This document shows positions 16,785-25,139 of a DNA stretch of 29,800 nucleotides, one piece after another (position 1 is the stretch's first letter; the number at the start of each line of letters is the position of its first letter). A program made the translations under genes and the position numbers. Under the pieces are notes generated by a model that worked only from the letters and a program-made list of their open reading frames with translations, was not told the origin of the DNA and did no database searches. The stretch is from an uncultured Clostridia bacterium (lineage in GTDB: Bacteria; Bacillota; Clostridia; Oscillospirales; Acutalibacteraceae). The DNA lies in the NCBI GenBank assembly GCA_947168785.1, contig CAMVNL010000001.1, positions 1 through 29,800 of the forward strand, in the 5' to 3' direction.

Positions 16785-17405
16785 ATGAAAAAGCAAAAAC
16801 AAAGCTCCTCCGGATTCGCTTCTTTTTCTGAATACTATGACGAGCGGAAGCTGCGAAAGGAGGTCGGAACGACGGGATTGTTCCTGTGCCTGTTCTGTGT
16901 GGTGCTGGCCGCCGTCTTTTTTGTACGGGGATTGGCTGCCGTTGGGGTGCAGGAGGTGTTGTCCTACGCGGCAACTGGCTTCTTTTTGCTGATTCTTGTG
17001 ATCTATCTGCTGTTTCCCGCGTCGTTGTTCCGTTTTTTTTGGAAGCTGCGTCCCGTGACGGATTGCATCGGGAAGTACCTGCTCCGCCTGATTCTTCTTC
17101 CCGTTTATCTGGTATTGTGTCTGTTCAGCCTGCCGTTCGTGGGCCGGCAACGGAAAAAATATCAGTTCGCCTCCTGGAAGGAGCCGGCTGCTTCTGCGGA
17201 CACCTATTATTCCGCAGATACACAGAACGTTTTCCGGAACAGTTCCTCCGGACGGTTCCGGTTCCTGACCTCTCTGCTGGGCGTCATGGCGGAAAAACGG
17301 CAGTTTTTCCTTTTCCCGGTTTTTCTTGTGCTGCTGCTGTTGGGCCTCTTCTTCTATTTTATCTCCTCCAGCAGTATTCTCGGTTTTGTTTATACGCTTT
17401 TCTGA
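16785..17405 (+). CDS. SxtJ-family membrane protein fused to a C-terminal SxtK/DUF5989-like peptide
   Basis: ATG 16785 just after the carbamoyltransferase stop. SxtJ-like 'LRK..G' start and hydrophobic segments. C-terminal ~45 aa (LLGVMAEKRQFFLFPVFLVLLLLG...ILGFVYTLF) matches the recalled DUF5989 pattern ending FIYTLF. Typical carbamoyltransferase-SxtJ-SxtK-SGNH neighbourhood. Confidence 0.72.
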   Translation: MKKQKQSSSGFASFSEYYDERKLRKEVGTTGLFLCLFCVVLAAVFFVRGLAAVGVQEVLSYAATGFFLLILVIYLLFPASLFRFFWKLRPVTDCIGKYLLRLILLPVYLVLCLFSLPFVGRQRKKYQFASWKEPAASADTYYSADTQNVFRNSSSGRFRFLTSLLGVMAEKRQFFLFPVFLVLLLLGLFFYFISSSSILGFVYTLF

Positions 17406-17423
17406 CAAGAAGGTTTTTCGATC

Positions 17424-18773
17424 ATGCTTTTATCAAAGGAAAACGGATACGCGATCAAGCTGCGCCGGGCGACGGAGAAGATTCCGTCCGGGCTGCGTCG
17501 GCATATCCCGGCGCTTTGTATCTTTTTGTTCCTGCTGTTTTACGGTCTGGTGATCGTACGTCGCTGCGACCCGCCGGAAGTGAGCATCTTTGAATATTAT
17601 TTTTACGCAGTGGATTTCAGCATGGGCTTTGTGGGCCGGTTCCTGATAGGGGCCGTTTTCAATTTGTTCGTCAAAGAACCTACGCCCGCTGCAGCCACGG
17701 TTTATGTGTGCGTGCTGTTGCTGTTGTTTTGCGCGGCGCTTAGTTTTCTGCTGGAACGTTTCTGGCTGGCGCTGCCGGAGAACGGCCGCGGCATCGGGCT
17801 TTGTCTGCTGGCGTTTTACCTGACCGGGCCTGCCGCTTTCAGTATCTATTTCTTTCAGTTTGGCATGCTGGATACCCACTGGCTGTTGTTGGCGCTTCCC
17901 TTTGTGGTGCTGCTTCAGCATAAAAAAACGCAGTGGCTGCTGCCGCTGCTGTTTGTTCCTATGGTGATGATCCAATATGCCTCCCTGTTCAACTGGGTGC
18001 TGTTCGGCGGGTTGCTGATTCTTTATGAACTGACCCTTGCGACGGAAAAGGCGGACCGCCGCCGCTTGATTGCGCTGTTTCTGGCGAGCGTAACGCTGGC
18101 CTCCGGCACCTTTTTTTATTTTGAAATCAACGAAAAAAAGAACGTCGTCTATACTGTGGACGAATTTAACGAGATCCTGACCGAACGCGGTGTGGAGATG
18201 CTCTATTATTTCGACCATATGCTCTACGACGATTTCCTGCACGACACGCCGGCATTGGAAGAGCAATATGCGTACTATAAGGAGATTGATTTTATCGACC
18301 ACTTCCCGAACATGTCGGATAACGTGTTCAAGAGGACGGTCAACGAGCTGTCTTATATGCTCCGTACCCACGTCGGCTATTACCCGCAGAACAACTGGTA
18401 CGGGCTGAAAAAGACGGTGGGGCAGATGCTGCTGCTCACTGTGATCTTATCCCCCATGCTTGTGCTGTTCTATACCGTTTTCCACAGAAAATACAGGGCG
18501 GCCAAGGGGCGTTTCCTGTCGCGGTTCACCTATTTCTGCATGATGGCGCTGTATCCGGTCAGCGCCGTTGCCATCATCCCCATTTCCTCCGATTCGGTGA
18601 GGTGGATCGGACAGGGATTCCTGGTACTGTTCTCTCTGATATTATATATGGTCTATAAAGAAAATGAAGCGGTCCTCGGTATTTTGTCGGAAAAACTCGC
18701 GCACATCCCGCCGCCCGCAGCCGCGCTGTATTACGGTATCTGGTTCTTTACCGTGCTCAACCCATACGTGTGA
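17424..18773 (+). CDS. Polytopic membrane protein, putative GT-C-like transferase (paralog of 20374-21636)
   Basis: Many TM segments. Motifs shared with the paralog: D(F/Y)SMGF..R, FGMLD..W, EFNEIL..RGV, SSD..RW and terminal (N/D)PY. Confidence 0.6.
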   Translation: MLLSKENGYAIKLRRATEKIPSGLRRHIPALCIFLFLLFYGLVIVRRCDPPEVSIFEYYFYAVDFSMGFVGRFLIGAVFNLFVKEPTPAAATVYVCVLLLLFCAALSFLLERFWLALPENGRGIGLCLLAFYLTGPAAFSIYFFQFGMLDTHWLLLALPFVVLLQHKKTQWLLPLLFVPMVMIQYASLFNWVLFGGLLILYELTLATEKADRRRLIALFLASVTLASGTFFYFEINEKKNVVYTVDEFNEILTERGVEMLYYFDHMLYDDFLHDTPALEEQYAYYKEIDFIDHFPNMSDNVFKRTVNELSYMLRTHVGYYPQNNWYGLKKTVGQMLLLTVILSPMLVLFYTVFHRKYRAAKGRFLSRFTYFCMMALYPVSAVAIIPISSDSVRWIGQGFLVLFSLILYMVYKENEAVLGILSEKLAHIPPPAAALYYGIWFFTVLNPYV

Positions 18774-18787
18774 GAAAGGGAAAAAAG

Positions 18788-19546
18788 ATGGAAAAACAGG
18801 TTTACAGCAAAAAGACTGTCACGCTCTGCGGCGTCTGCCTTTTTATCATTGCGTCTGCTGCATTTTTTTCCATGAGCGCGTTTACAAGGCCGGTATTTGG
18901 AAATAACTGGCAATGGCAGCTTTCCTTTGCCGTGCTGGCGGTGTGTCTGATTCTATCCGCAGCTGTTAAGCGTTCGTTGATTTCGCTGTGTCTTGCCGCA
19001 GTGGTCACGGCGGCAATGTGGGCCGTTACGCCGTTTTACGGTGGGCTGTTTCTGCCTGTTTCTCTGCAGGCGGTTCTGTGGGAAGCGGCAAGGGAAGAAA
19101 GAAAAGAAAGCGGCCCGGTTTTTGTTGTCGCTTTGTTGGCGGTTTCGTTTACGGTGCCTTTGCATCTTCGGTTGTGGAAATTTTTGACGTTTAACGCACC
19201 GAGCAGCAGCGACCCTGTCGGTGAAGCCTACGCGTGTTTTGTCGGGCTGATTCTTCTGCTGGCGATTTGGACCGTGCTGCTTATCAGGGCGCTTCGCCGT
19301 GCAAAAAGCGAAAAAAAAGCGCCAGCGAAAAAACGCGGACGCCATTCCAAACCATCGACCGGAGAAAAGCTTTTTCCGGTAGTATATGCCGTTTGTGTAT
19401 TCAACACGGCGTTTTCCGTGGCGCACTGTTTTCAGTTTTTTTCCGGTGAATACGTGAAAACAATGCTTTTTGCCAACTGGTTGTTTTTCTTCTACCTGTT
19501 GTATCGGTGCGAGTTGTTTCCCTGTGTATGGCAGCAAAACGCATAA
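18788..19546 (+). CDS. Hypothetical polytopic membrane protein with Lys-rich loop (distant paralog of 19557-20354)
   Basis: ATG 18788 after a purine-rich RBS (alternative GTG 18770 overlaps the upstream stop). Multiple hydrophobic helices; loop KSEKKAPAKKRGRHSK. Confidence 0.7.
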   Translation: MEKQVYSKKTVTLCGVCLFIIASAAFFSMSAFTRPVFGNNWQWQLSFAVLAVCLILSAAVKRSLISLCLAAVVTAAMWAVTPFYGGLFLPVSLQAVLWEAAREERKESGPVFVVALLAVSFTVPLHLRLWKFLTFNAPSSSDPVGEAYACFVGLILLLAIWTVLLIRALRRAKSEKKAPAKKRGRHSKPSTGEKLFPVVYAVCVFNTAFSVAHCFQFFSGEYVKTMLFANWLFFFYLLYRCELFPCVWQQNA

Positions 19547-19556
19547 TGGGAATGTG

Positions 19557-20354
19557 TCATACGTCCGTTATGGGGAAATTGTACATGCCGAACAGCACAA
19601 ACAGGCCGCATAAATCAATCAGCAACGCATACGGCGCAGTCCAATCATTTGAAAGACAAGCGTAGGCATAAAACAGAGCGGCGCTTGTAAAAAAAAGCAG
19701 CGTCAACACGGTTGAAATGAAAAAGAACGAATCGCGGGAAAGCGCCTTTGCTTTTCCGCTCTTTTTCTTTTTGTGTTTTGCCTGCGCTTCTTTTTTGTCG
19801 TTATTCGTTTTCCGCATTGTCAGAATACTGACGGCAAACAGACAAAAAAGGAGTCCCAAAGGCCAAAAACCGAATAGTTGACTGTTGTGAGAGGGCGAAA
19901 AGAATTGAAAGGAAAAACCGAAGGGATGGATACACGTAATGAGAAAAATGATCACGCCAATCAGCAGCGCGGATAAAACGAGGGAGAACAGCCGAAACAG
20001 GTTGACTTGACGTTCATTCTTTGCCAAAAAACGCAGCAGCAGGAGCCATAGCAGCGCCGGGAGAAAAACGGCGCAGAAGAAAAGAATGAAAGAAGAGGCG
20101 AACACGCACACCAGTGCCGCGCCGCCGACCGTGACAGCCAGGGGGATCCATGGTCTTTCCATTGTAAAAATGCCCGCAACAGCGCCAAAGAAAACAAGGC
20201 AGCAAGCGGAAAACTGCCAAAACGCAGGTTCCCGGAACAGCGACTCCCCTTGGTTCTGAAATAAACAGACGGCGACGGATAATAAAAACGCCAGGGCGGC
20301 GCTTGTCCGCCACGCGCTTTTTTTACTGTTTCGCAGCGATAAGAGTAAATCCAT
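19557..20354 (-). CDS. Hypothetical polytopic membrane protein with Lys-rich loop
   Basis: Strong RBS AAGGAGG; multiple TM helices; WQFS and FLP..L segments, and loop KKEAQAKHKKKKSGK, placed as in 18788-19546. Confidence 0.75.
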   Translation of the reverse strand: MDLLLSLRNSKKSAWRTSAALAFLLSVAVCLFQNQGESLFREPAFWQFSACCLVFFGAVAGIFTMERPWIPLAVTVGGAALVCVFASSFILFFCAVFLPALLWLLLLRFLAKNERQVNLFRLFSLVLSALLIGVIIFLITCIHPFGFSFQFFSPSHNSQLFGFWPLGLLFCLFAVSILTMRKTNNDKKEAQAKHKKKKSGKAKALSRDSFFFISTVLTLLFFTSAALFYAYACLSNDWTAPYALLIDLCGLFVLFGMYNFPITDV

Positions 20355-20373
20355 TTTCGCACCTCCTTGCTTG

Positions 20374-21636
20374 TCAGGAATAGGGATCCATTGAAATCAG
20401 CGCGTAGACCAATCCGTAGACGGCAAGCGGCGGAATCCCGATGCGGGAAAAGAGTCGTTTTGCTTTTTGAAAGCCGTCCCGCCAATCAAAATAAAGTACC
20501 GCAAACGTACAGATGAACAGACCAATAACCGCGTGCGCCATCCAGCGGAAGTTATCGGAGGAAAAAAGGAAGCCCGATGCGGAGGTGCCGAAGCACAGCC
20601 AACGCATGACGATAATGACCAGCCGTTTCTCTTTATTGCCCCTTTTCTGGCGAAAATAGGAAATAAGAAGAGAAAACAGCAGCGTGACCACGGGGATCTC
20701 TAATAAAACAAGGAACCACAGTCTGCTGTATTCCTGTGAAAAGGAAATGGCGCCCCAGGCATAATACAGGATCCATTGCACAAACCGGATGATGCCGGTG
20801 GAATCAGGATCTACCGAATATCGCGCGTAATCATGGACCGGCGTGGCAATGCTGCTGTCTGTCATCCGGTACAGGGTGCTGTCCAGATATTCCGGGAAGG
20901 TAACGCCGCGGGACCGCAGAATCTCATTGAACTCCTCCACGGGATACACCGCGTTTTCACTTTCGAATTGGATAAAATAACCGGAAAGCCCCACCGTAAT
21001 CAAGCAGCAGACCGCAAACAAGGCGTAATACTGTCTTTTCTCGGTTTTATCGGTTGCTTTTGCCGCAAAGAACAGCAACAGTACCAGCAGTACCGCGGCA
21101 TAGCAAACCAGCGCAGCGAAATGGATGAAAATCATGCCGATCAAACAGAGCGGCAGCAGCCATCTCAGCCGTTTTTTTGGCAGCAACAGCAAGCCGACCG
21201 CAAAAAAGAGAATCCAATACAGATCCAGCATTCCGAATTCCCGGGTGAGGATGCCGAAGGTAAACGGCCCGGATAAAAAGAAAAACATCAATATGAGACA
21301 GGCCTTTTTCTCTTTGGGCCCTGCCGCGGCGAAAAACCGCTCCATAAAAAAGGCAATTGCTGCCAGCAGAAGCAGAAAGAATACTGTTACATACGCACTG
21401 ACCGGTTTATATTCATAATTCCCTATCAGCGCACCGTATATCGCACCGGGCAGAATGCGGGAACAGAAGCCCATGGAGTAATCCATCACATACAGTGAGT
21501 AGGTGACGGGGTTCACACTCCAATGAGCGCCGTTGTTGATATAGAGCCAATGGTACAAAACCAGGAACAAAAAACAGGCCAATCCGATTTTATGCCGCTT
21601 TAGCCGGCGTAAAACAACATTTCCCGTTGCGTGCAA
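20374..21636 (-). CDS. Polytopic membrane protein, putative GT-C-like transferase (paralog of 17424-18773)
   Basis: TTG start with RBS AAAGGAGGT. Motifs DYSMGFCSR, FGMLDLYW, EEFNEILRSRGV, SSDNFRW, MDPYS. Confidence 0.6.
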   Translation of the reverse strand: MHATGNVVLRRLKRHKIGLACFLFLVLYHWLYINNGAHWSVNPVTYSLYVMDYSMGFCSRILPGAIYGALIGNYEYKPVSAYVTVFFLLLLAAIAFFMERFFAAAGPKEKKACLILMFFFLSGPFTFGILTREFGMLDLYWILFFAVGLLLLPKKRLRWLLPLCLIGMIFIHFAALVCYAAVLLVLLLFFAAKATDKTEKRQYYALFAVCCLITVGLSGYFIQFESENAVYPVEEFNEILRSRGVTFPEYLDSTLYRMTDSSIATPVHDYARYSVDPDSTGIIRFVQWILYYAWGAISFSQEYSRLWFLVLLEIPVVTLLFSLLISYFRQKRGNKEKRLVIIVMRWLCFGTSASGFLFSSDNFRWMAHAVIGLFICTFAVLYFDWRDGFQKAKRLFSRIGIPPLAVYGLVYALISMDPYS

Positions 21637-21673
21637 TTTTCCTGTACCTCCTTTGTAGTGTTTTTTTTATACG

Positions 21674-23557
21674 TTATAAAAACCATCGTGTTACATGGAG
21701 GATGTATCCTGCTTCTCCCTGCGTCATCTCATACTCACAGATTTGCTTATAAAAGGTGAGTTTCTCTTTTGCCCATGCTGTTTTCACAGGGTCGTCCAAA
21801 TAGTTCTCGAATGTGTAATTATCGTACAGTGGGATGTAAATGTACTCAGGGCGCCTTTCCGGGAGAAGCTCCCAGTAACGAACCGCACGGGTTTCACTAT
21901 CCATCTCCACATACCAGGTGTCATAACAGCCGAAGGGAAGATCTGCGTATAGGTAACAGAAAGCAAATAGTTCTGAAACATAAAACGGGCCGGTGCAATC
22001 TGCCTTGATTTCATCGATGTCTTTCAAAATGAAGTTATAGATCTCCTTGATGTGCGCGGTGGTATGGATGCCTTTGAAGGGGCCGTGATCAACAACGGCG
22101 GAGAGAGATTCCTTTTTTGTTGGGTTGGCGTAATGCTCAACAATCTGATAAAAACCTAATGCATAGACTCCGTAGCTTTCCCATGCAAAAAAGCAAATCA
22201 GGCAAACGGCCGCAATGGCAGAGCTGAGTTTTTTTCTGTGATATTTCTGATGTTCTTCTGTGTTTTTTTCAGAACAACGCTGTTCCGCGCGGATTTCTTT
22301 TAACACAGTGAAAAACATCGGTATCAGCTCGAAACAGGCAATGACACCGCAAAAACCGATTACGTGTTCAGACACGGTATCTATCAGCACGCTTGAAACA
22401 GCGCTTACCAACCAGACGCAAAACAGGCGTGGTTTTTTTTGTTCGCAAAGCAAATAACAGTTCAGTCCGAGAAAAAAAACAGGCGCGGAATGGTAATTAT
22501 AGTAATAAAGGTATGTGGGTGTATATGATTTTGACAACATCGGTATGCGGAGAATGATGAAGGCAGCGCAGAGATAGGCAGCGGCAAAGCAAACGCATGC
22601 CGCAGTAAACAGTTGCGCTTTCCGGTTTTTGTCTTTTCTCAATTTCTTTCTGTAAACAAGCGACAGGATTAAAACCGTAATGCCGAGAACGGGCGGCACA
22701 ACGCCATAGAATCGGAATGCTTGCCAAAGCTTAAAAAAGCTAAAAAAACTTCTTCCGCTTCCGCTGAAAAAGGAATATTCTGAGTCCGAAAACAATTCAG
22801 GGAAGATACGAAAGATTTCCGACGGTGCACTGCGACTTAACAGAAAAGCAAAAAACGCTGCGGCGGTAAGAAAGATGCCGACCGTAACCCAAAACCAGAC
22901 CTTGGGAAGCAGAATAAAGGAAAAATCATTAAAAAAGGGCTTTCCCTTTTTTCGGAAAAATGAGCCGCAAAAAAAGAGAATGCTCCACACAAAATACAAT
23001 ATTGCCAAAACCGGTTCTGCGAGTACCGTGCAGGCCAATACAACACCCGACAGAAGAAGAACCGGAACGGAGTATTGTTTATCTTTGAAAAACAACAGCG
23101 CACATAGTACTGCAAGCCCATGCAGAGACATGGAGTAATAGTTCAAAGTAATAATCGCCATAGGCATATTGGCGACAAACAGCACAACGGGGATCAGTCC
23201 CCCGATGCCGTATGGACGCATCTTTGCATATAGGAACCAATAAAGAATCAGATTAACTGCCAAACAAAAGAACCGGAGAGATATAATAATCCCCTCGGAG
23301 GAACCTGTTACCGTTGTGATCAGCCAATAGGGAAAGATCAGCAACACGGAGGAGAGCTGTTCAACGTGCCATTCGTCAATCAGCAAACGATCCCCCTTCA
23401 GTAATCTCTGGGGAATCGTATAATAAACGCATTCATCTTCTGAATCAATGCCCTGTGTCGCGGCATATATCAAATAGGTAAACAACGCAATACAAATCAC
23501 GAGTGCAACCAAGTCTGTACTGCGAAAGCCTTTCTTTTCGGTAAGCTTGTTTCTCAT
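21674..23557 (-). CDS. Polytopic membrane protein, putative GT-C (ArnT/GT39-like) glycosyltransferase with C-terminal soluble domain
   Basis: Acidic first external loop after TM1 (IDSEDECVYY...DEW), many TM helices, and a ~130-aa hydrophilic C-terminal domain. Confidence 0.6.
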   Translation of the reverse strand: MRNKLTEKKGFRSTDLVALVICIALFTYLIYAATQGIDSEDECVYYTIPQRLLKGDRLLIDEWHVEQLSSVLLIFPYWLITTVTGSSEGIIISLRFFCLAVNLILYWFLYAKMRPYGIGGLIPVVLFVANMPMAIITLNYYSMSLHGLAVLCALLFFKDKQYSVPVLLLSGVVLACTVLAEPVLAILYFVWSILFFCGSFFRKKGKPFFNDFSFILLPKVWFWVTVGIFLTAAAFFAFLLSRSAPSEIFRIFPELFSDSEYSFFSGSGRSFFSFFKLWQAFRFYGVVPPVLGITVLILSLVYRKKLRKDKNRKAQLFTAACVCFAAAYLCAAFIILRIPMLSKSYTPTYLYYYNYHSAPVFFLGLNCYLLCEQKKPRLFCVWLVSAVSSVLIDTVSEHVIGFCGVIACFELIPMFFTVLKEIRAEQRCSEKNTEEHQKYHRKKLSSAIAAVCLICFFAWESYGVYALGFYQIVEHYANPTKKESLSAVVDHGPFKGIHTTAHIKEIYNFILKDIDEIKADCTGPFYVSELFAFCYLYADLPFGCYDTWYVEMDSETRAVRYWELLPERRPEYIYIPLYDNYTFENYLDDPVKTAWAKEKLTFYKQICEYEMTQGEAGYILHVTRWFL

Positions 23558-23591
23558 ATCCTACCCTTTATATTAAACAGTCTCAGGGAAG

Positions 23592-25094
23592 CTATTTCCT
23601 GAATTGAAAATGAAAACCGTATTTTTTGCGGATCCGTGGGAAAAACAAGGCGTTGGAAACGGTGATAACGGTGAATTTAGCGGAATAAAATACCCCACGC
23701 AGCCATTGGTTGAACTGCATGGTGCGGATATTCATCAGAATCGTCTTTAATGATTCAAGCGCAAAACTGGAACTTTTTTCTTTTTTCGTGCCCGGATTGC
23801 GGGAAAACAGATCCTGGAACAAAAAACAGGAACGGATTACGCGGTAATCCCGGTCCGGCACCTCGCTGAAGGAAGAGTAGATTTTTTCGATCAGCGCGCC
23901 ATCGCGCAGCGCTTCCAGCGTCTTCGGCGGATCGTAAAGTCCCTCGCGTACCACCTGATCGTACAGCACGCTTTTTTCAAACGGAGCAAAATAATGAATG
24001 CTCAAAAGGTTGGTCGGGAGCGACTGGATATACTGCACGGTATCTCTCAGATCCTGCTCTGTCTCATGCGGAAAGTTGAAAATGAAGGAGATATTGTAAA
24101 TCATGCCGACGTCGCGGCAATTCTGAAGCGTCGGCGCGACCAGATCATAGGGCAAATGCTTGTTCGCGATTTTCGCGAGATGCCCGGGCGGCGCCTCAAT
24201 GCCGAAGAAGACCCAGCGGCAGCCGTTATCGTACATCTCTTGGATGTCCTCTTTTTTCAGCACGCCGATGCGCGTCTGGCAGCCCCAGATGAAGGAGAGA
24301 TTCCGTTCCCTCATCTGCCTGTAAAAATCCTCTCGTTCGGATTTTGTTACGCCCCAAAGCTCATCCGCGAAATAGACCGTTTCCAGCCCGTGGTTTTTGA
24401 CCAGGTATTCCACCTCGTCCAAAAAGTCGGCTACTGGCCGTACGCGCCGTTTGCATTTGTGAAAATAGGGGTTGAAGCAGAAAGCGCAGTTGCCCGTACA
24501 CCCTTTGGACAGATACAGATACGCCATGTTCTCATAGCAGTAACAGGGCTGAAAATACGCTTTTATATCGGGCAGCAACGTAAAATCCGTCGGGCCCAAC
24601 AGCGAAAGATCCATAAAAGGCTCTTCCGGCGTCAGAACGATGTCTCCGTTTTCCGCGCGGTAAGCGATACCGTTGACCTGACGCGGGTCTTCGCCGTTTT
24701 CCATCGCGTTCATCAGATTCAGCCAGACCTGCTCCCCCTCGCCGATGGTGATGTAGTCTGCTTTCCCTTCTCCTAATATGATTTCCGGAACGGTAGAGGC
24801 GTACGTGCCTCCCACGATAACGGGGATGTTCTTTGTCCGGAAATAATCGCCGATAACGATCATGTCGGGGATCGTCATGTTGGAGATCAGTGAAATTCCT
24901 ATCACGTCCGGATGGTAGCGTTCATATACGGAATCCAGCGGTTCAGAATAAAGAATGCGGTCAACGATTGACACCTGATGTCCGTGCCGGTTCAGATAGG
25001 TCGCAATGGAGAGCTGCCCCAGAGGAAATCCGCTCATCCTTTGATAGGACAGGGATTTCGGATCGTAATTCGGATGAAACAATAAGGCTCTCAT
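23592..25094 (-). CDS. Cobalamin-dependent radical SAM protein (class B methyltransferase-like, distinct from the CDW paralogs)
   Basis: PLGQLSIATYL, VGGTYAS, GEGE, SKGCTGNCAFCFNP, YFADELW, VFFGIEA; 500 aa. Confidence 0.9.
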   Translation of the reverse strand: MRALLFHPNYDPKSLSYQRMSGFPLGQLSIATYLNRHGHQVSIVDRILYSEPLDSVYERYHPDVIGISLISNMTIPDMIVIGDYFRTKNIPVIVGGTYASTVPEIILGEGKADYITIGEGEQVWLNLMNAMENGEDPRQVNGIAYRAENGDIVLTPEEPFMDLSLLGPTDFTLLPDIKAYFQPCYCYENMAYLYLSKGCTGNCAFCFNPYFHKCKRRVRPVADFLDEVEYLVKNHGLETVYFADELWGVTKSEREDFYRQMRERNLSFIWGCQTRIGVLKKEDIQEMYDNGCRWVFFGIEAPPGHLAKIANKHLPYDLVAPTLQNCRDVGMIYNISFIFNFPHETEQDLRDTVQYIQSLPTNLLSIHYFAPFEKSVLYDQVVREGLYDPPKTLEALRDGALIEKIYSSFSEVPDRDYRVIRSCFLFQDLFSRNPGTKKEKSSSFALESLKTILMNIRTMQFNQWLRGVFYSAKFTVITVSNALFFPRIRKKYGFHFQFRK

Positions 25095-25139
25095 ACGTCG
25101 TATTTTCCTTTCAAAGGCAGGGGACTTCTTTTGCTGTTC

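Noticed and set aside
13418-17405. Saxitoxin biosynthesis (sxtI/J/K/L-like genes)
   Set aside because: The module is widespread outside toxin producers; no sxtA-type PKS, amidinotransferase or other core genes are in the window.
17030-23000. Several A8/T8 homopolymers in membrane-protein genes as phase-variation switches
   Set aside because: All frames are intact and the runs are explained by Phe/Lys codons; no evidence without read data.
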